Sequence record: SRR31156797_3245
DNA length: 40,407 bases
Strand: one strand, 5' to 3'
Positions within the stretch are counted from its first letter, which is position 1. Every line of letters begins with the position of its first letter. Shown one piece after another: positions 27,263 through 36,329 of this stretch. The notes under the pieces were generated by a model. It was given only the letters and a program-made list of their open reading frames with translations. It ran no database searches and had not been told where the DNA came from. A program made the translations under genes and the position numbers.

Positions 27263-27386
27263 CTCTGGGTTTTTTGGTTTTTTTTGAATTTTGCCCCGGG
27301 CCGGAATTAAGGGGGCTCCGACCCGGGGCGCTGTTTGAGGGAATTACGCACCCCGACCTTGCCGGGAAAATCCCGATCCGTCAAAC

Positions 27387-27445
27387 GTGCATAGAGTGCA
27401 ATATCCCTACGCGTAGAGGGCAATTCCCTTGCGTGTAGAGGGCAA
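27387..27445. repeat. Three imperfect direct repeats (core TAGAG(G/T)GCAA) with 22-bp period upstream of the late operon
   Basis: TAGAG cores start at 27392, 27414 and 27436. Confidence 0.7.
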
Positions 27446-27496
27446 AATGCATCCTTTAAAAAAATTATTTGGCGGGATTATTAACTAACTGAATTG

Positions 27497-27524
27497 TTGA
27501 CAAAAACTTTCTCAGTTCTATAAT
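27497..27524 (+). promoter_or_regulatory. Consensus sigma70 promoter of the moron at 27572
   Basis: TTGACA (27497-27502), 16-nt spacer, TATAAT (27519-27524). Confidence 0.75.
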
Positions 27525-27571
27525 AATTTCCATCTTTAAGGGGAATCACTAACATTTAAGGGGGAATTACA

Positions 27572-28585
27572 ATGCCGGTTGGAACTGAAAGCGAAGACTA
27601 TAAAGAAACCAAAAATTCTCTGGAAAGAATCCAACAATTTGATGTTTCATCGCTTGCCCAAACAACAAGCCTTGGAACATCCTTAAACTTCGAAGAAATA
27701 ACAGACGAAGCACAAAGAATAGTTAATCTATTTAAGCAGTTGCCAGTCAGTGTACTGGAAGACCTACCAAGTAATCAGTTAACCCAAATTAAAAATAAGG
27801 CTAATGAGATTCATGTCATATTTGAAAGTATACTCACTTTTAAACCAGAAGTAGGCAATCCTAATGAGGCGAGAATTGCTATTATTAATAACGTCATGAA
27901 ACAATATGATCAACTATTCAATGCGTTACATCCAATAATAGCTTACTCGTTGCATCGGTCAGCAGATTTCCAAAGTTTGGAAACCAAAGCTCGCGAAACA
28001 ATAAAGGAAATCAATGATAACGCATCTCGGGTACAGGTGGATTTAGAAAAAAAGGCAGTAAGAGCAGATGAAATACTCGATATGATTCAAAAGGTTGCAG
28101 CTGAACAGGGAGTGAGTCAACAAGCAAGTTATTTTAAAGATGAAGCGAGTGAACATGAAAATGCAGCAGGACGATGGCTTAAAGGAACCTTTTGGGTAGC
28201 AGGGTTTCTGCTTCTTTACGCTGTGCTTCTTCTCGTTTTATCATGGTTTACCCCAACGGATAATTCACATGTCTTCCAAATTATCGCCAGTAAAATACTG
28301 GTTTTTGCTGTTATCTCGTATGCACTCTATACATCCGCCCGCATTTATCTGAACCATAAACATAACCAAATCATAAACACTCACCGCAAAAATGCTTTAT
28401 TGACTTTTAGGGCTCTGGTCGAGGCCGCCAGTGAAGGAACCAACCATGACGCAGTTCTGATACAAGCCGCAACATGTATCTTCTCCCCACAACCAACCGG
28501 ATATACTAAAGATAGTACAGATACTAGCATCATGACTTCTAAACCGATATTTGAATTAATAAGCAAATCAATCCCAAAAACCTAA
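27572..28585 (+). CDS. AT-rich coiled-coil protein with two C-terminal TM helices (moron)
   Basis: 337 aa, low GC, opposite strand, own promoter and RBS. Confidence 0.8.
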   Translation: MPVGTESEDYKETKNSLERIQQFDVSSLAQTTSLGTSLNFEEITDEAQRIVNLFKQLPVSVLEDLPSNQLTQIKNKANEIHVIFESILTFKPEVGNPNEARIAIINNVMKQYDQLFNALHPIIAYSLHRSADFQSLETKARETIKEINDNASRVQVDLEKKAVRADEILDMIQKVAAEQGVSQQASYFKDEASEHENAAGRWLKGTFWVAGFLLLYAVLLLVLSWFTPTDNSHVFQIIASKILVFAVISYALYTSARIYLNHKHNQIINTHRKNALLTFRALVEAASEGTNHDAVLIQAATCIFSPQPTGYTKDSTDTSIMTSKPIFELISKSIPKT

Positions 28586-28776
28586 GCCGCCTTATCCGGC
28601 AGGTTGTCAATCCACCGCTGATACTCAGTCGATGTCAACACAGGGGTTTGCCCGTCAAATTTAACTGGCAACCCCCGTTTTTTATGTGCATCTTTCGCCC
28701 CACGTTCACTCATGCCCACTTTCTGAGCAATACTTTTCCATCCCCGAGCCGACCAGTATTCAAATACAACCGTCAA
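28582..28776 (-). CDS. Small HTH/excisionase-like DNA-binding protein
   Basis: GWKSIAQKVGMSER...GLPV...EYQRWI pattern. Last gene of the early/middle block. Confidence 0.6.
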   Translation of the reverse strand: MTVVFEYWSARGWKSIAQKVGMSERGAKDAHKKRGLPVKFDGQTPVLTSTEYQRWIDNLPDKAA

Positions 28777-28781
28777 TTCAA

Positions 28782-28979
28782 TTACCCCCTCAACTTCCCC
28801 CAGGCCTCATTGATCCGCTTTTCAATCTCACCCCAACCGTTCTCATCCCCGTTCAAATGCCGAAACTTCAAAGTCTCCACCTTCTGATGCAAAACCACCA
28901 TTTCCCGCCGGTCAAGGCTTTTCAAGGGCTCCGCCTTAAGCCCCCTGGTTCTCTCATCCTCCAGAATTTCAGACTTCAC
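28782..28979 (-). CDS. Hypothetical protein
   Basis: In operon, GTGA overlap with the recombinase stop, GGAGG RBS. Confidence 0.5.
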   Translation of the reverse strand: MKSEILEDERTRGLKAEPLKSLDRREMVVLHQKVETLKFRHLNGDENGWGEIEKRINEAWGKLRG

Positions 28980-29578
28980 CTCACACCTCCATAAATGCTC
29001 CGCTGGGCCAAAAACGCGCCCTCCACCAACTCCCGGCTCGGTTGTAAATAACTCACCGTGCTTTTCGGATCCGCGTGCCCCATAGCCAGGGCCGCGTCAA
29101 ACAAATTACGCCCAAGCAATTCAAACACCTGGTTCCCGAAAGTCTTCCTCATCGAATGCGTGCCGGTCTTGCCGTAAATTCCGCACTCTTCAAACGCCTC
29201 TTTTAGCACCTGCCAGGCCCGTTGCCTGCTCATGGCCGTATTCCCCCGCCGCCTGGATTGAAATAAAAAACTCTTCGGCTTTTTACCCCCGGCCCGCAAT
29301 TCCTCCAGGTAGTCGGCCAGCACCGCCCGCACGTCCGGGTGCAGCGGAATCACTTCCCCTTTTTTGCCTTTCGTGTCATCGGCTTTAAACTCAACATATT
29401 CAATCACCCGCCCATGTTTGTACACGTCCTTGATTTTCAGTTTCAAAATCTGACTAACCCGCCGGCCCGTCAGGATCCCGAAAACAAAGAACGCCAGATC
29501 CCGCTGACTGTCTTTCTTCTTAAATTCGGCAATCACCGCCCGCACCTCGGCGTCACTAAGTGGTCTGCAACCCCTCAC
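28976..29578 (-). CDS. Tyrosine recombinase, catalytic domain only
   Basis: TGRRVSQ, KGK, HSMRKTF, MGH and terminal Y residues. 200 aa with no arm-binding or core-binding domain. Confidence 0.85.
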   Translation of the reverse strand: MRGCRPLSDAEVRAVIAEFKKKDSQRDLAFFVFGILTGRRVSQILKLKIKDVYKHGRVIEYVEFKADDTKGKKGEVIPLHPDVRAVLADYLEELRAGGKKPKSFLFQSRRRGNTAMSRQRAWQVLKEAFEECGIYGKTGTHSMRKTFGNQVFELLGRNLFDAALAMGHADPKSTVSYLQPSRELVEGAFLAQRSIYGGVR

Positions 29579-30809
29579 CGCTCACCATCCCGAAATCAAA
29601 ATATCCCTGCCCAAAAATTCTCTTAACCGCCATTTCACAATTCTTTTCACCCTGGTCAATACCCACAAACCGGCAGCCATGCTTCATGGCCACAATCCCG
29701 ACCGTCCCGGATCCGCAAAACGGATCCAAAACAACGCCCCCCTCCGGACACCCCGCCCGAATGCAAGGCTCCACCAGCTTCTCCGGAAAGCTCGAAAAAT
29801 GGTCTCCCGAAAACGCCGCCGTCGGAATCGTCCAGACACTCCGTTTGTTTTTGGTCTTGGCCTTCACCAGGCCAAATCTCGGCTTGACCCCGATTTCATT
29901 ACCCTTTCGACGCCTGGATGACTCTTTAATTAAACCTCCATGATCACCTGACCCTGTTTTCCAATTTGATGGAACTTTTATACTGTTTTTTCTCAGCCCT
30001 TTATGCTCCGGCTGTCCAGGCGCCTGGTAAGTGCAATCAACATTCCTCGAATGGTCGCCCTTTGCCGGCTCCTTAATCGCTTCCGCATCGTAAAAATACC
30101 TTTCCGACTTACTCAGCAAAAAAACATATTCATGCGCCCCTGTCGGCCTGTCCTCCGCACTCTCCGGCATTGGATTAGGCTTATGCCAGATAATGTCATG
30201 CCGCAGCCACCACCCATCGGCCTGCAGGGCCAAGGCGCACCTCCACGGAACCCCGACCAGGTCTTTATGCTTCAGCCCGGCGGGCGCTCCGTTCTTCCTC
30301 AATCCGTTTTCCATTCGATAAAGAGCGTGATTTATTTCCGTATTCTCCACATTCGGACCGTTCGGCCTGGTAACGTAACTATCCCCCAGGTTCAACCAAA
30401 CGGTTCCGTCAGACCGAAGCACCCGCCAAACCTCACGGAAAATCATCACAATATGTTCAACAAAAAGCTCCGGCGACGGCTCCAACCCCAAACACCCGCA
30501 CCAGGCCCCGCATTCATCACAAAAGCCCGGTTGGAGGCCTCCCCGGCTCATTCCCGCTTTGCGATCGCGCCGGAAGCTCTCACCAGTCCCGCAACCGCAA
30601 GGCTGCATTGTTTCCCGCCATTCATGTTCGCAATCATGGCGGCCGCCCCACACCACCGGATCAAGCCCATAATCCCGCTTCCACAAATAAGGCGGACTGG
30701 TCACCACGCAATTCACGGACTCATCTTTCAGCCCGGCCAGCACGTCAAGCACGTGCCCCTGGTAAATCCTCACTCCCCCTTGTTCAAAATACAGACTCAA
30801 ACCGCTCAC
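29556..30809 (-). CDS. DNA methyltransferase, N4-C/N6-A (beta class)
   Basis: VTSPPY near the N-terminus, IIWHKPNPMPES, and LDPFCGSGT near the C-terminus. Confidence 0.92.
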   Translation of the reverse strand: MSGLSLYFEQGGVRIYQGHVLDVLAGLKDESVNCVVTSPPYLWKRDYGLDPVVWGGRHDCEHEWRETMQPCGCGTGESFRRDRKAGMSRGGLQPGFCDECGAWCGCLGLEPSPELFVEHIVMIFREVWRVLRSDGTVWLNLGDSYVTRPNGPNVENTEINHALYRMENGLRKNGAPAGLKHKDLVGVPWRCALALQADGWWLRHDIIWHKPNPMPESAEDRPTGAHEYVFLLSKSERYFYDAEAIKEPAKGDHSRNVDCTYQAPGQPEHKGLRKNSIKVPSNWKTGSGDHGGLIKESSRRRKGNEIGVKPRFGLVKAKTKNKRSVWTIPTAAFSGDHFSSFPEKLVEPCIRAGCPEGGVVLDPFCGSGTVGIVAMKHGCRFVGIDQGEKNCEMAVKRIFGQGYFDFGMVSGEGLQTT

Positions 30810-31216
30810 CCTTCAAACTCTTCAGACCTCTGGCCCGTCGGCCTCATGATGATATCTTTGGCCGTCACCTTTCGGATCCGCATGACCCATCCCCGCACGT
30901 CATACAGCTCCCCGACCTTAAACACCGGCCTGCCGTTCACAACCTCGGGTTCGCTTTGAGTAATTGGCTCTCTCATACTTTTCATAAGCAAATCATAGTC
31001 ACTATTCATGGATTCCGCCCTCTTCAACAAAGCCCTGAGTATCTCATTTTCTTTTTTTAGTTCTTCTATGCCCGGCTCAAACTTCCCATAAAATTGATTT
31101 TCAAACTGCTCCTGGAATTTCGACTGCCTGTCTAATATCTCAAGCAATTCCGGCCGAATCTTAGCTGGTGGAATTTTCCCCGGCCCAAACCAATCATAGT
31201 CGCCACATCCACTCAC
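30806..31216 (-). CDS. Hypothetical protein
   Basis: Probable GTG start at 31216 overlapping the upstream TAG. Coiled-coil segment. Confidence 0.55.
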   Translation of the reverse strand: MSGCGDYDWFGPGKIPPAKIRPELLEILDRQSKFQEQFENQFYGKFEPGIEELKKENEILRALLKRAESMNSDYDLLMKSMREPITQSEPEVVNGRPVFKVGELYDVRGWVMRIRKVTAKDIIMRPTGQRSEEFEG

Positions 31217-32226
31217 TACACCCTCCCCAGCGCCTTGCCTGTGGTGCAGCCGGAGGCGTGCCCTTCCAGTTCGCAGCCCTTGCATTTAGGGCAATGGTTC
31301 GCCCATCCATACTTAAGGCTATGGTTAAACTCGGACCACTCCACATTTCCCAGTGCCTCTTCTAATTCCCAAATCCGGGTGTCCTTCTTCTGGAGCAACT
31401 CTCCGGTTCTTTTGGCTATTCCGTCAGGGTGAGGCGGCAAGTCCCAAGCAACCAGCTCCGCGACTTCCATCATGGCGCATTTCATCTCTTCAAATTCATC
31501 TTCCCCCCACTGCTCCCCTTCATTCCATTTCATTCTGTGCTGCAATGAAAAATTCCGAAGAAAATCTTCATAACCGTCATCAGTCAGGGCCCGGACCATT
31601 TGATCGATCACCCAGGTTTTGTGCTTCTCTCCCTTGCCCGCACCATAAAGCCCGGCATACCCTATGGCCCGAGTAATCTGCCGGTATGGCTCATTATTCG
31701 AACCGTCCAATATTTCCTTATGGTTCGGCATTTCCTCTTCTTTTGTTTCGGATTTCAAAACCGGAATTGTGCTAATTAGTTGATTTATGTTCGAAACAGT
31801 ATTACGGAAATGCAAAATATTCAGAGGAACCACAATCGGTTTTTCACATTCCGTCTGCCTGAAGGAAAAAAACTGATCATCCGGCAACACAGCAAAGAAA
31901 TACGTAACAATCCACTTATAACTTTCATCGAAATCGAGGTTAAACCTCTTCCAGTCTTCCGCCCTGGTCGATATCCCGGTTTCTTCTTCAAACTCGCGCA
32001 CCATGGCCTTGATATCGATTTCACCTGGTTCCACCTTGCCGCCAATCCCGTTTAGCTTTCCCCTCTGCCAGGCGGGTTTACGTTTCTGAATCAACAGCAC
32101 CATGCGCTTAGTTTGATTCAACGCAAACCCGACCACGTATTCAATCGTTTCCAGGTTCGCACCCCCCATGTTCGTGCGAACCTCGGGTGCGAACTTTTCT
32201 TTTTCCGTGCGTTCTTTTCCGTCCAC
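31216..32226 (-). CDS. NUDIX hydrolase domain fused to unknown phage domains
   Basis: Nudix box GGKVEPGEIDIKAMVREFEEETG and a C-terminal CPKC..C....H..GC. Confidence 0.8.
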   Translation of the reverse strand: MDGKERTEKEKFAPEVRTNMGGANLETIEYVVGFALNQTKRMVLLIQKRKPAWQRGKLNGIGGKVEPGEIDIKAMVREFEEETGISTRAEDWKRFNLDFDESYKWIVTYFFAVLPDDQFFSFRQTECEKPIVVPLNILHFRNTVSNINQLISTIPVLKSETKEEEMPNHKEILDGSNNEPYRQITRAIGYAGLYGAGKGEKHKTWVIDQMVRALTDDGYEDFLRNFSLQHRMKWNEGEQWGEDEFEEMKCAMMEVAELVAWDLPPHPDGIAKRTGELLQKKDTRIWELEEALGNVEWSEFNHSLKYGWANHCPKCKGCELEGHASGCTTGKALGRV

Positions 32227-32310
32227 TTTTGCCCCTTTTTCATTTTTCCCCGAACGGCCATAACCGCACGGTCAAATTTCTGACACAGATCAAAAAGTTA
32301 TTGCTTCTAA

Positions 32311-32604
32311 TTACTTCCGAATTTCTTGTTTCACCAAAAAGTCTAACTGACCCCCTCTTGACTCAACGGTTCGCATTGATATCACTTGCGAACTTCCCGG
32401 TTCTGCTTCCCGGCCTGGTCCCCCAAACAACGCCAGGGTCAAACAACACAAAAGCACCAAAATCCCCACCGCCGAAGCTAGGCAGAAACGTTTTTGAAGC
32501 ATTAATTTTTCAAACCGATGCTCCAGTCTTTTCATTGCGGCCCAAGCGGCCAGATCGTGGACCGCCTTGTTCATTTCAAAAACCTGAATCCCGTGCCTTT
32601 CCAA
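32311..32604 (-). CDS. Hypothetical membrane protein
   Basis: One hydrophobic helix, in operon after the ATPase. Confidence 0.45.
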   Translation of the reverse strand: MERHGIQVFEMNKAVHDLAAWAAMKRLEHRFEKLMLQKRFCLASAVGILVLLCCLTLALFGGPGREAEPGSSQVISMRTVESRGGQLDFLVKQEIRK

Positions 32605-32607
32605 ACC

Positions 32608-33312
32608 TCACCCCTCCATTCTTTCCCGGCCGGCCAGCTTCCGGAAGCTCACGCCCTTCAGCTCCACGATTCGGCAACTCCCCACGATCCGGTCCGCTAT
32701 CCGCCCCGTCTTGTCGCCCAGGTGATCGTAAAGCTCCCCGGGCCCGCAATTGCTGGTAAAAATAATCGGCCTGTAGTTGTTCAACCTTTTGTCAATAATG
32801 CTCAGCAGGCACTCCCGCACCCATTCCGTGGGCCGCTCCGCGCCGATATCGTCCATCACCAGCACGCTCACCCCCGCGGCTCTGGTCTCCCAGCTCCGCC
32901 CCAGCGCCGTCCGGTTCCGCAGCTCCCCCAGGAACTCGGGCACGGACAAAAACAATCCGCCTCGGCTCTGGTCCAGCACTTTTTTTAATAAACACCAGGA
33001 CAAAACAGTTTTCCCGGTCCCGACCCCGCCGTGAATATAAAGCCCTTCCCGGGAATATACCCAGTGCATGGCCTCGCCGAATCCCTCACGGGCCGATCCC
33101 GCCGCCGCTTCAATCGTCCAGTCCCAGGATGCAACGGGCAGATTCGCCTTTTTATATTTTTCCACCCGCTCCCGCTTACAGGCCACGCACAGCTCCGGCC
33201 AGTGAACCAGGCCCGATATTTTGCTTTTTGTCGTAGAATCCGCCGCCGCCCCGCACGGGCACGCCGCCCCGGCACTTTCCCGAATATTCCGAACCTCAGC
33301 CAAATTCTTCAT
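32608..33312 (-). CDS. DnaC/IstB-like AAA+ helicase loader
   Basis: GGVGTGKT, LVMDDIGAE, IFTSN and RIADRI motifs, N-terminal Cys pairs. Start taken at MKNLAEV (33312). Confidence 0.9.
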   Translation of the reverse strand: MKNLAEVRNIRESAGAACPCGAAADSTTKSKISGLVHWPELCVACKRERVEKYKKANLPVASWDWTIEAAAGSAREGFGEAMHWVYSREGLYIHGGVGTGKTVLSWCLLKKVLDQSRGGLFLSVPEFLGELRNRTALGRSWETRAAGVSVLVMDDIGAERPTEWVRECLLSIIDKRLNNYRPIIFTSNCGPGELYDHLGDKTGRIADRIVGSCRIVELKGVSFRKLAGRERMEG

Positions 33313-34156
33313 AAGGATTTTTCTCCTCTTCCGGTTCAGGTAGCAGCGGTTTATCGACCCACTGCTGCCAGGTAGCCTTTTTGGTCCCGAAAAACGTAGC
33401 AATATCCTGTTTCAGCCGGTCATTTTTCTTGCAGTCAGCCAGATACGCCTTGAAAGCAATAAGCAGCTTCTCCGCCGCCGCCTCCGGCCCGGCCCCGTTC
33501 ATGGTCGACTGCACCACAACCCACCACCGGTCATACCCCTCCTTGAAACTCCCCCCGTCCGGATGTAATTCCACAACCCGCCGGTAAGCTTCCGGGTAAA
33601 CATACTTGCCGCCCTGCTTTTCCAATTTCTTCGGGTGAGGAAATTTTTCTACGGGTTCAACAGGCTCAGGTTCGTGTGCGCCGCTAGTACAGGTCTCCGT
33701 CTCCGTCTCCGTCTCCGTCTCCGTATATCGATACTCTTTCAATACGGTATCGAAACCGTTTGAAAAATACCGTCCAAAAGACTTCAAACTATTAATCAAC
33801 TCATTGAAATAACTAAAATGTTTCGGAACGTCGTAAAACATCCGCTCAACCGCCTTGGCGTGCTTCTGATTCTGCACCCGGTTCCACTCCAGAAAATCGG
33901 GTATAAATACGTAATCCGTGGCCTGGCAATGCTTACAGAAACCCTCTCGATACAGTATCGAAAAGGTATCCTTAGTCTTTCTTTCGCTCCACCCCAGGTC
34001 GGATATACAGTATCCATACGGCAAGTAGTAGCAACCGAGCGAATTCTTATGTTTGCTCGACAATAAATAGATCGCCAAAAGCTTCACGGAATCGCCCAGC
34101 GGCTTAATTTTGGGATGATTCCAGAACCCAACCTGAACTTTTCCAAACTCGCCCAT
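33296..34156 (-). CDS. Phage replication initiator (replisome organizer)
   Basis: FW...KLLAIYLLS..H.N.LG.Y.LP wHTH-type N-terminus, ETETET linker, upstream of the DnaC-like gene. Confidence 0.8.
   Translation of the reverse strand: MGEFGKVQVGFWNHPKIKPLGDSVKLLAIYLLSSKHKNSLGCYYLPYGYCISDLGWSERKTKDTFSILYREGFCKHCQATDYVFIPDFLEWNRVQNQKHAKAVERMFYDVPKHFSYFNELINSLKSFGRYFSNGFDTVLKEYRYTETETETETETCTSGAHEPEPVEPVEKFPHPKKLEKQGGKYVYPEAYRRVVELHPDGGSFKEGYDRWWVVVQSTMNGAGPEAAAEKLLIAFKAYLADCKKNDRLKQDIATFFGTKKATWQQWVDKPLLPEPEEEKNPYEEFG
33693..33722. repeat. (GTCTCC)x5 coding hexamer repeat (ETETET linker)
   Basis: Read directly from the sequence. Confidence 0.9.
33730..34025. promoter_or_regulatory. Putative replication origin iterons (11-bp units, consensus about GATACAGTATC) inside the initiator gene
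   Basis: Tandem units at 33730-33762, 33938-33970 and 34004-34025. Confidence 0.5.
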
Positions 34157-34213
34157 GGAAAATCGTCCCCCACGACAAAAACTTTGTTGAAAAATTTTAA
34201 AAAATTGAAATTT

Positions 34214-35020
34214 TCACTTCGCCCGGCTAAAACAGTACCGAAAAACCCACGGATTCGGATAACAATTGTGAATATAGCGATCGATCTGGTCCCGCTCATC
34301 CCGATCCTCTTCACACCACGGAAACGAAACGTAATAATGAATCTTGTTTTTTCTTCTCACCGGCTTCGGCTTCGAATTCAATTTATTCCAAAGATCCCGA
34401 AAAGCCTTCAGCCGATCGGTGTTTTTTGGAACACTAACGCCCTCCCCGATAACCTCGTTATATCTCGTGTCCCGGATCCGCATGGCGATCACATCAACAA
34501 TTTTAATGTGATATCTCGCCGCCCAGGCCGGCATTAACATGGCTGACCGCCACGGGCCTTCGAACTCTATCCCGCCGTATTCCTCTTGCCGCTCTTTTTC
34601 ATACGCCTTGTATGCCATCACAACCAGGCCGGGATTTTTACTGCCGGGTAAAAGCGTCGCCGGCTCCGGGGCGGGATATTCTTTCGGTTTCAGCGCCTGC
34701 CAGGTCTCTTTCACATAAACCACTTCCCCGGGCAAATACCTGGGCTTCCAAATCTGAGCCCCCGAGTCCGCGCCATCCGTCCACCGGTAACTCCGGCCCT
34801 CGGTCTGCCAGCCTTCCGGGGTCGTATTGCACATCTCCACAATTTCCGAATCCCCAAACTCCGGCTGAGGATTAAAAACCCGGCTGGTTATCCACTTGCC
34901 CGGCCGATCCGGAAAAATCGAACTCTGAGGCCATTCACCGACAACCACATTCCCGATCGCCGCCGCCATCTCCCCCGAAAACATAATTCCTTTCAACAAT
35001 ACACCTCCGTTTCCACCCAC
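34214..35020 (-). CDS. ASCH-fold-like phage protein
   Basis: IMFSGEM..AI, PGEVVYVKETW and WRSAMLMPAWAARY..KIVDV...R motifs. Confidence 0.65.
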   Translation of the reverse strand: MGGNGGVLLKGIMFSGEMAAAIGNVVVGEWPQSSIFPDRPGKWITSRVFNPQPEFGDSEIVEMCNTTPEGWQTEGRSYRWTDGADSGAQIWKPRYLPGEVVYVKETWQALKPKEYPAPEPATLLPGSKNPGLVVMAYKAYEKERQEEYGGIEFEGPWRSAMLMPAWAARYHIKIVDVIAMRIRDTRYNEVIGEGVSVPKNTDRLKAFRDLWNKLNSKPKPVRRKNKIHYYVSFPWCEEDRDERDQIDRYIHNCYPNPWVFRYCFSRAK

Positions 35021-35280
35021 TTCTTCGGGCCTTTCCCCGGTTCAAACCTTTCCAAAACCCGGCAAGGAAACACGTCCGCCTCAAAACCCGGATAAAAGAA
35101 AACGGTAATATCAGTTAAAAAACCCTGAAAGTGCGCCGCCGGAATAATCAAAATCTCCCAAAACCAGTTCACGCCCCACATGGTCTCGGTCTCCGAATCC
35201 AAAAAGCAACGCACCCCCCAAAAACTAACCTTTAAATCCGCCTCAACCTCTCTAATCATTTCCCGACACCTCGAATTCAA
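34993..35280 (-). CDS. Hypothetical protein
   Basis: Fills the operon gap. Start uncertain. Confidence 0.45.
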   Translation of the reverse strand: MNSRCREMIREVEADLKVSFWGVRCFLDSETETMWGVNWFWEILIIPAAHFQGFLTDITVFFYPGFEADVFPCRVLERFEPGKGPKKWVETEVYC

Positions 35281-36328
35281 AACTATGCTGAACGCACGGC
35301 AGCGGCTCCGGCCTGAACTGTTTTTTCAAGCCGTCCGGCACTCGCGCCCTCATATATTCCAGCACATCCCGCAATCCCAATTTATCCATGCAATAAGCCC
35401 ATAGCCGCGGGTGGCTGTCATGCAGCATCTGAAACCGCGTCGGAATCTTATCCAATCCCAGCCCAAAACAGCAGAACACACACCCGGTCCGCTCCACTCC
35501 AGTGCAGTGATAAGCATTTCCAACCTTTTCAATGTCCCCATAAACCGAAGCATAAGGAATCTTGAAACGAACCAGACACTGCAAAATGTCCCGCTCCGTC
35601 CAAAACGCCATTGGCGTGGACCTCGGTTTGGCCAAATCAAAAGCATTGCATCCAAATCGGATATAAGCCTTTTGCCGGTTCTTGCTCTCATCGGCCAGTG
35701 TGCCCAACATCTGATGTCGACCGGTCCGTTTCACATACTTCTCCATGGGCGCCTTTTTGCTCACTTCACAACAATGGTCGCTGACTTTAAACGGAGCCTC
35801 TATCAAAAACCGCCACCGGTCCGGAACGCGAAACCCCTGGACAGGTTCCTCAAACCGATTAATTCCCCGGTCATACAACCGGTAAATAAACTGATCTTTC
35901 TTTTTTGGATCCCGTAAAATGGAAATTCCCCTGGCCACTTTCTTTGACACCACCGGCCACCCAAACCGCTCTATCACTTTAAAAAAAGGCATGGCCGGCC
36001 TCACAATTTCAATATTTTCAGTCCGCCGGACATGTTTGACGATTTCAGGATATTCAAGGCCGGTATTGCAAAACACACCAGGAACATCCGGATAAACCTG
36101 CCGAACCAGCCACAAAAGAACTGTAGAATCCTTTCCGCCGGAAAACGACACGCTCACATTCCCGTCCCAGGCCTCATACCATTCCTGGATCCGTTCCAAA
36201 CTTAGTTCTATTTTTCTATCCAGCGGAAAAGCCTGTCTTTCCAAAAGCATTTCAAAATTCTTTTGCACCGCCCCGGATTCAACCGCCTCGCGCCACCTGG
36301 CCTCCGATTTCGTAAGCGCCGCTATCAT
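35252..36328 (-). CDS. PAPS/APS-reductase-family PP-loop protein with Fe-S cysteines
   Basis: VSFSGGKDS, NTGLEYPE, CCEVSKK and RTGCVFC motifs. Confidence 0.9.
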   Translation of the reverse strand: MIAALTKSEARWREAVESGAVQKNFEMLLERQAFPLDRKIELSLERIQEWYEAWDGNVSVSFSGGKDSTVLLWLVRQVYPDVPGVFCNTGLEYPEIVKHVRRTENIEIVRPAMPFFKVIERFGWPVVSKKVARGISILRDPKKKDQFIYRLYDRGINRFEEPVQGFRVPDRWRFLIEAPFKVSDHCCEVSKKAPMEKYVKRTGRHQMLGTLADESKNRQKAYIRFGCNAFDLAKPRSTPMAFWTERDILQCLVRFKIPYASVYGDIEKVGNAYHCTGVERTGCVFCCFGLGLDKIPTRFQMLHDSHPRLWAYCMDKLGLRDVLEYMRARVPDGLKKQFRPEPLPCVQHSFEFEVSGND

Positions 36329-36329
36329 C

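Noticed and set aside
27293-27329. Hairpin as an intrinsic terminator
   Set aside because: No U-tract directly follows it on either strand (A-rich on the minus strand). Kept only as a leader structure.
6592-30959. Long plus-strand ORFs such as 22312-23727, 8910-9836, 15667-16626 and 30003-30959
   Set aside because: They are antisense to well-supported phage genes in GC-rich sequence and have no recognisable motifs.
33693-33722. Hexamer repeat as a CRISPR array or phase-variation tract
   Set aside because: There are no spacers. It is in frame and encodes the ETETET linker typical of phage initiators.
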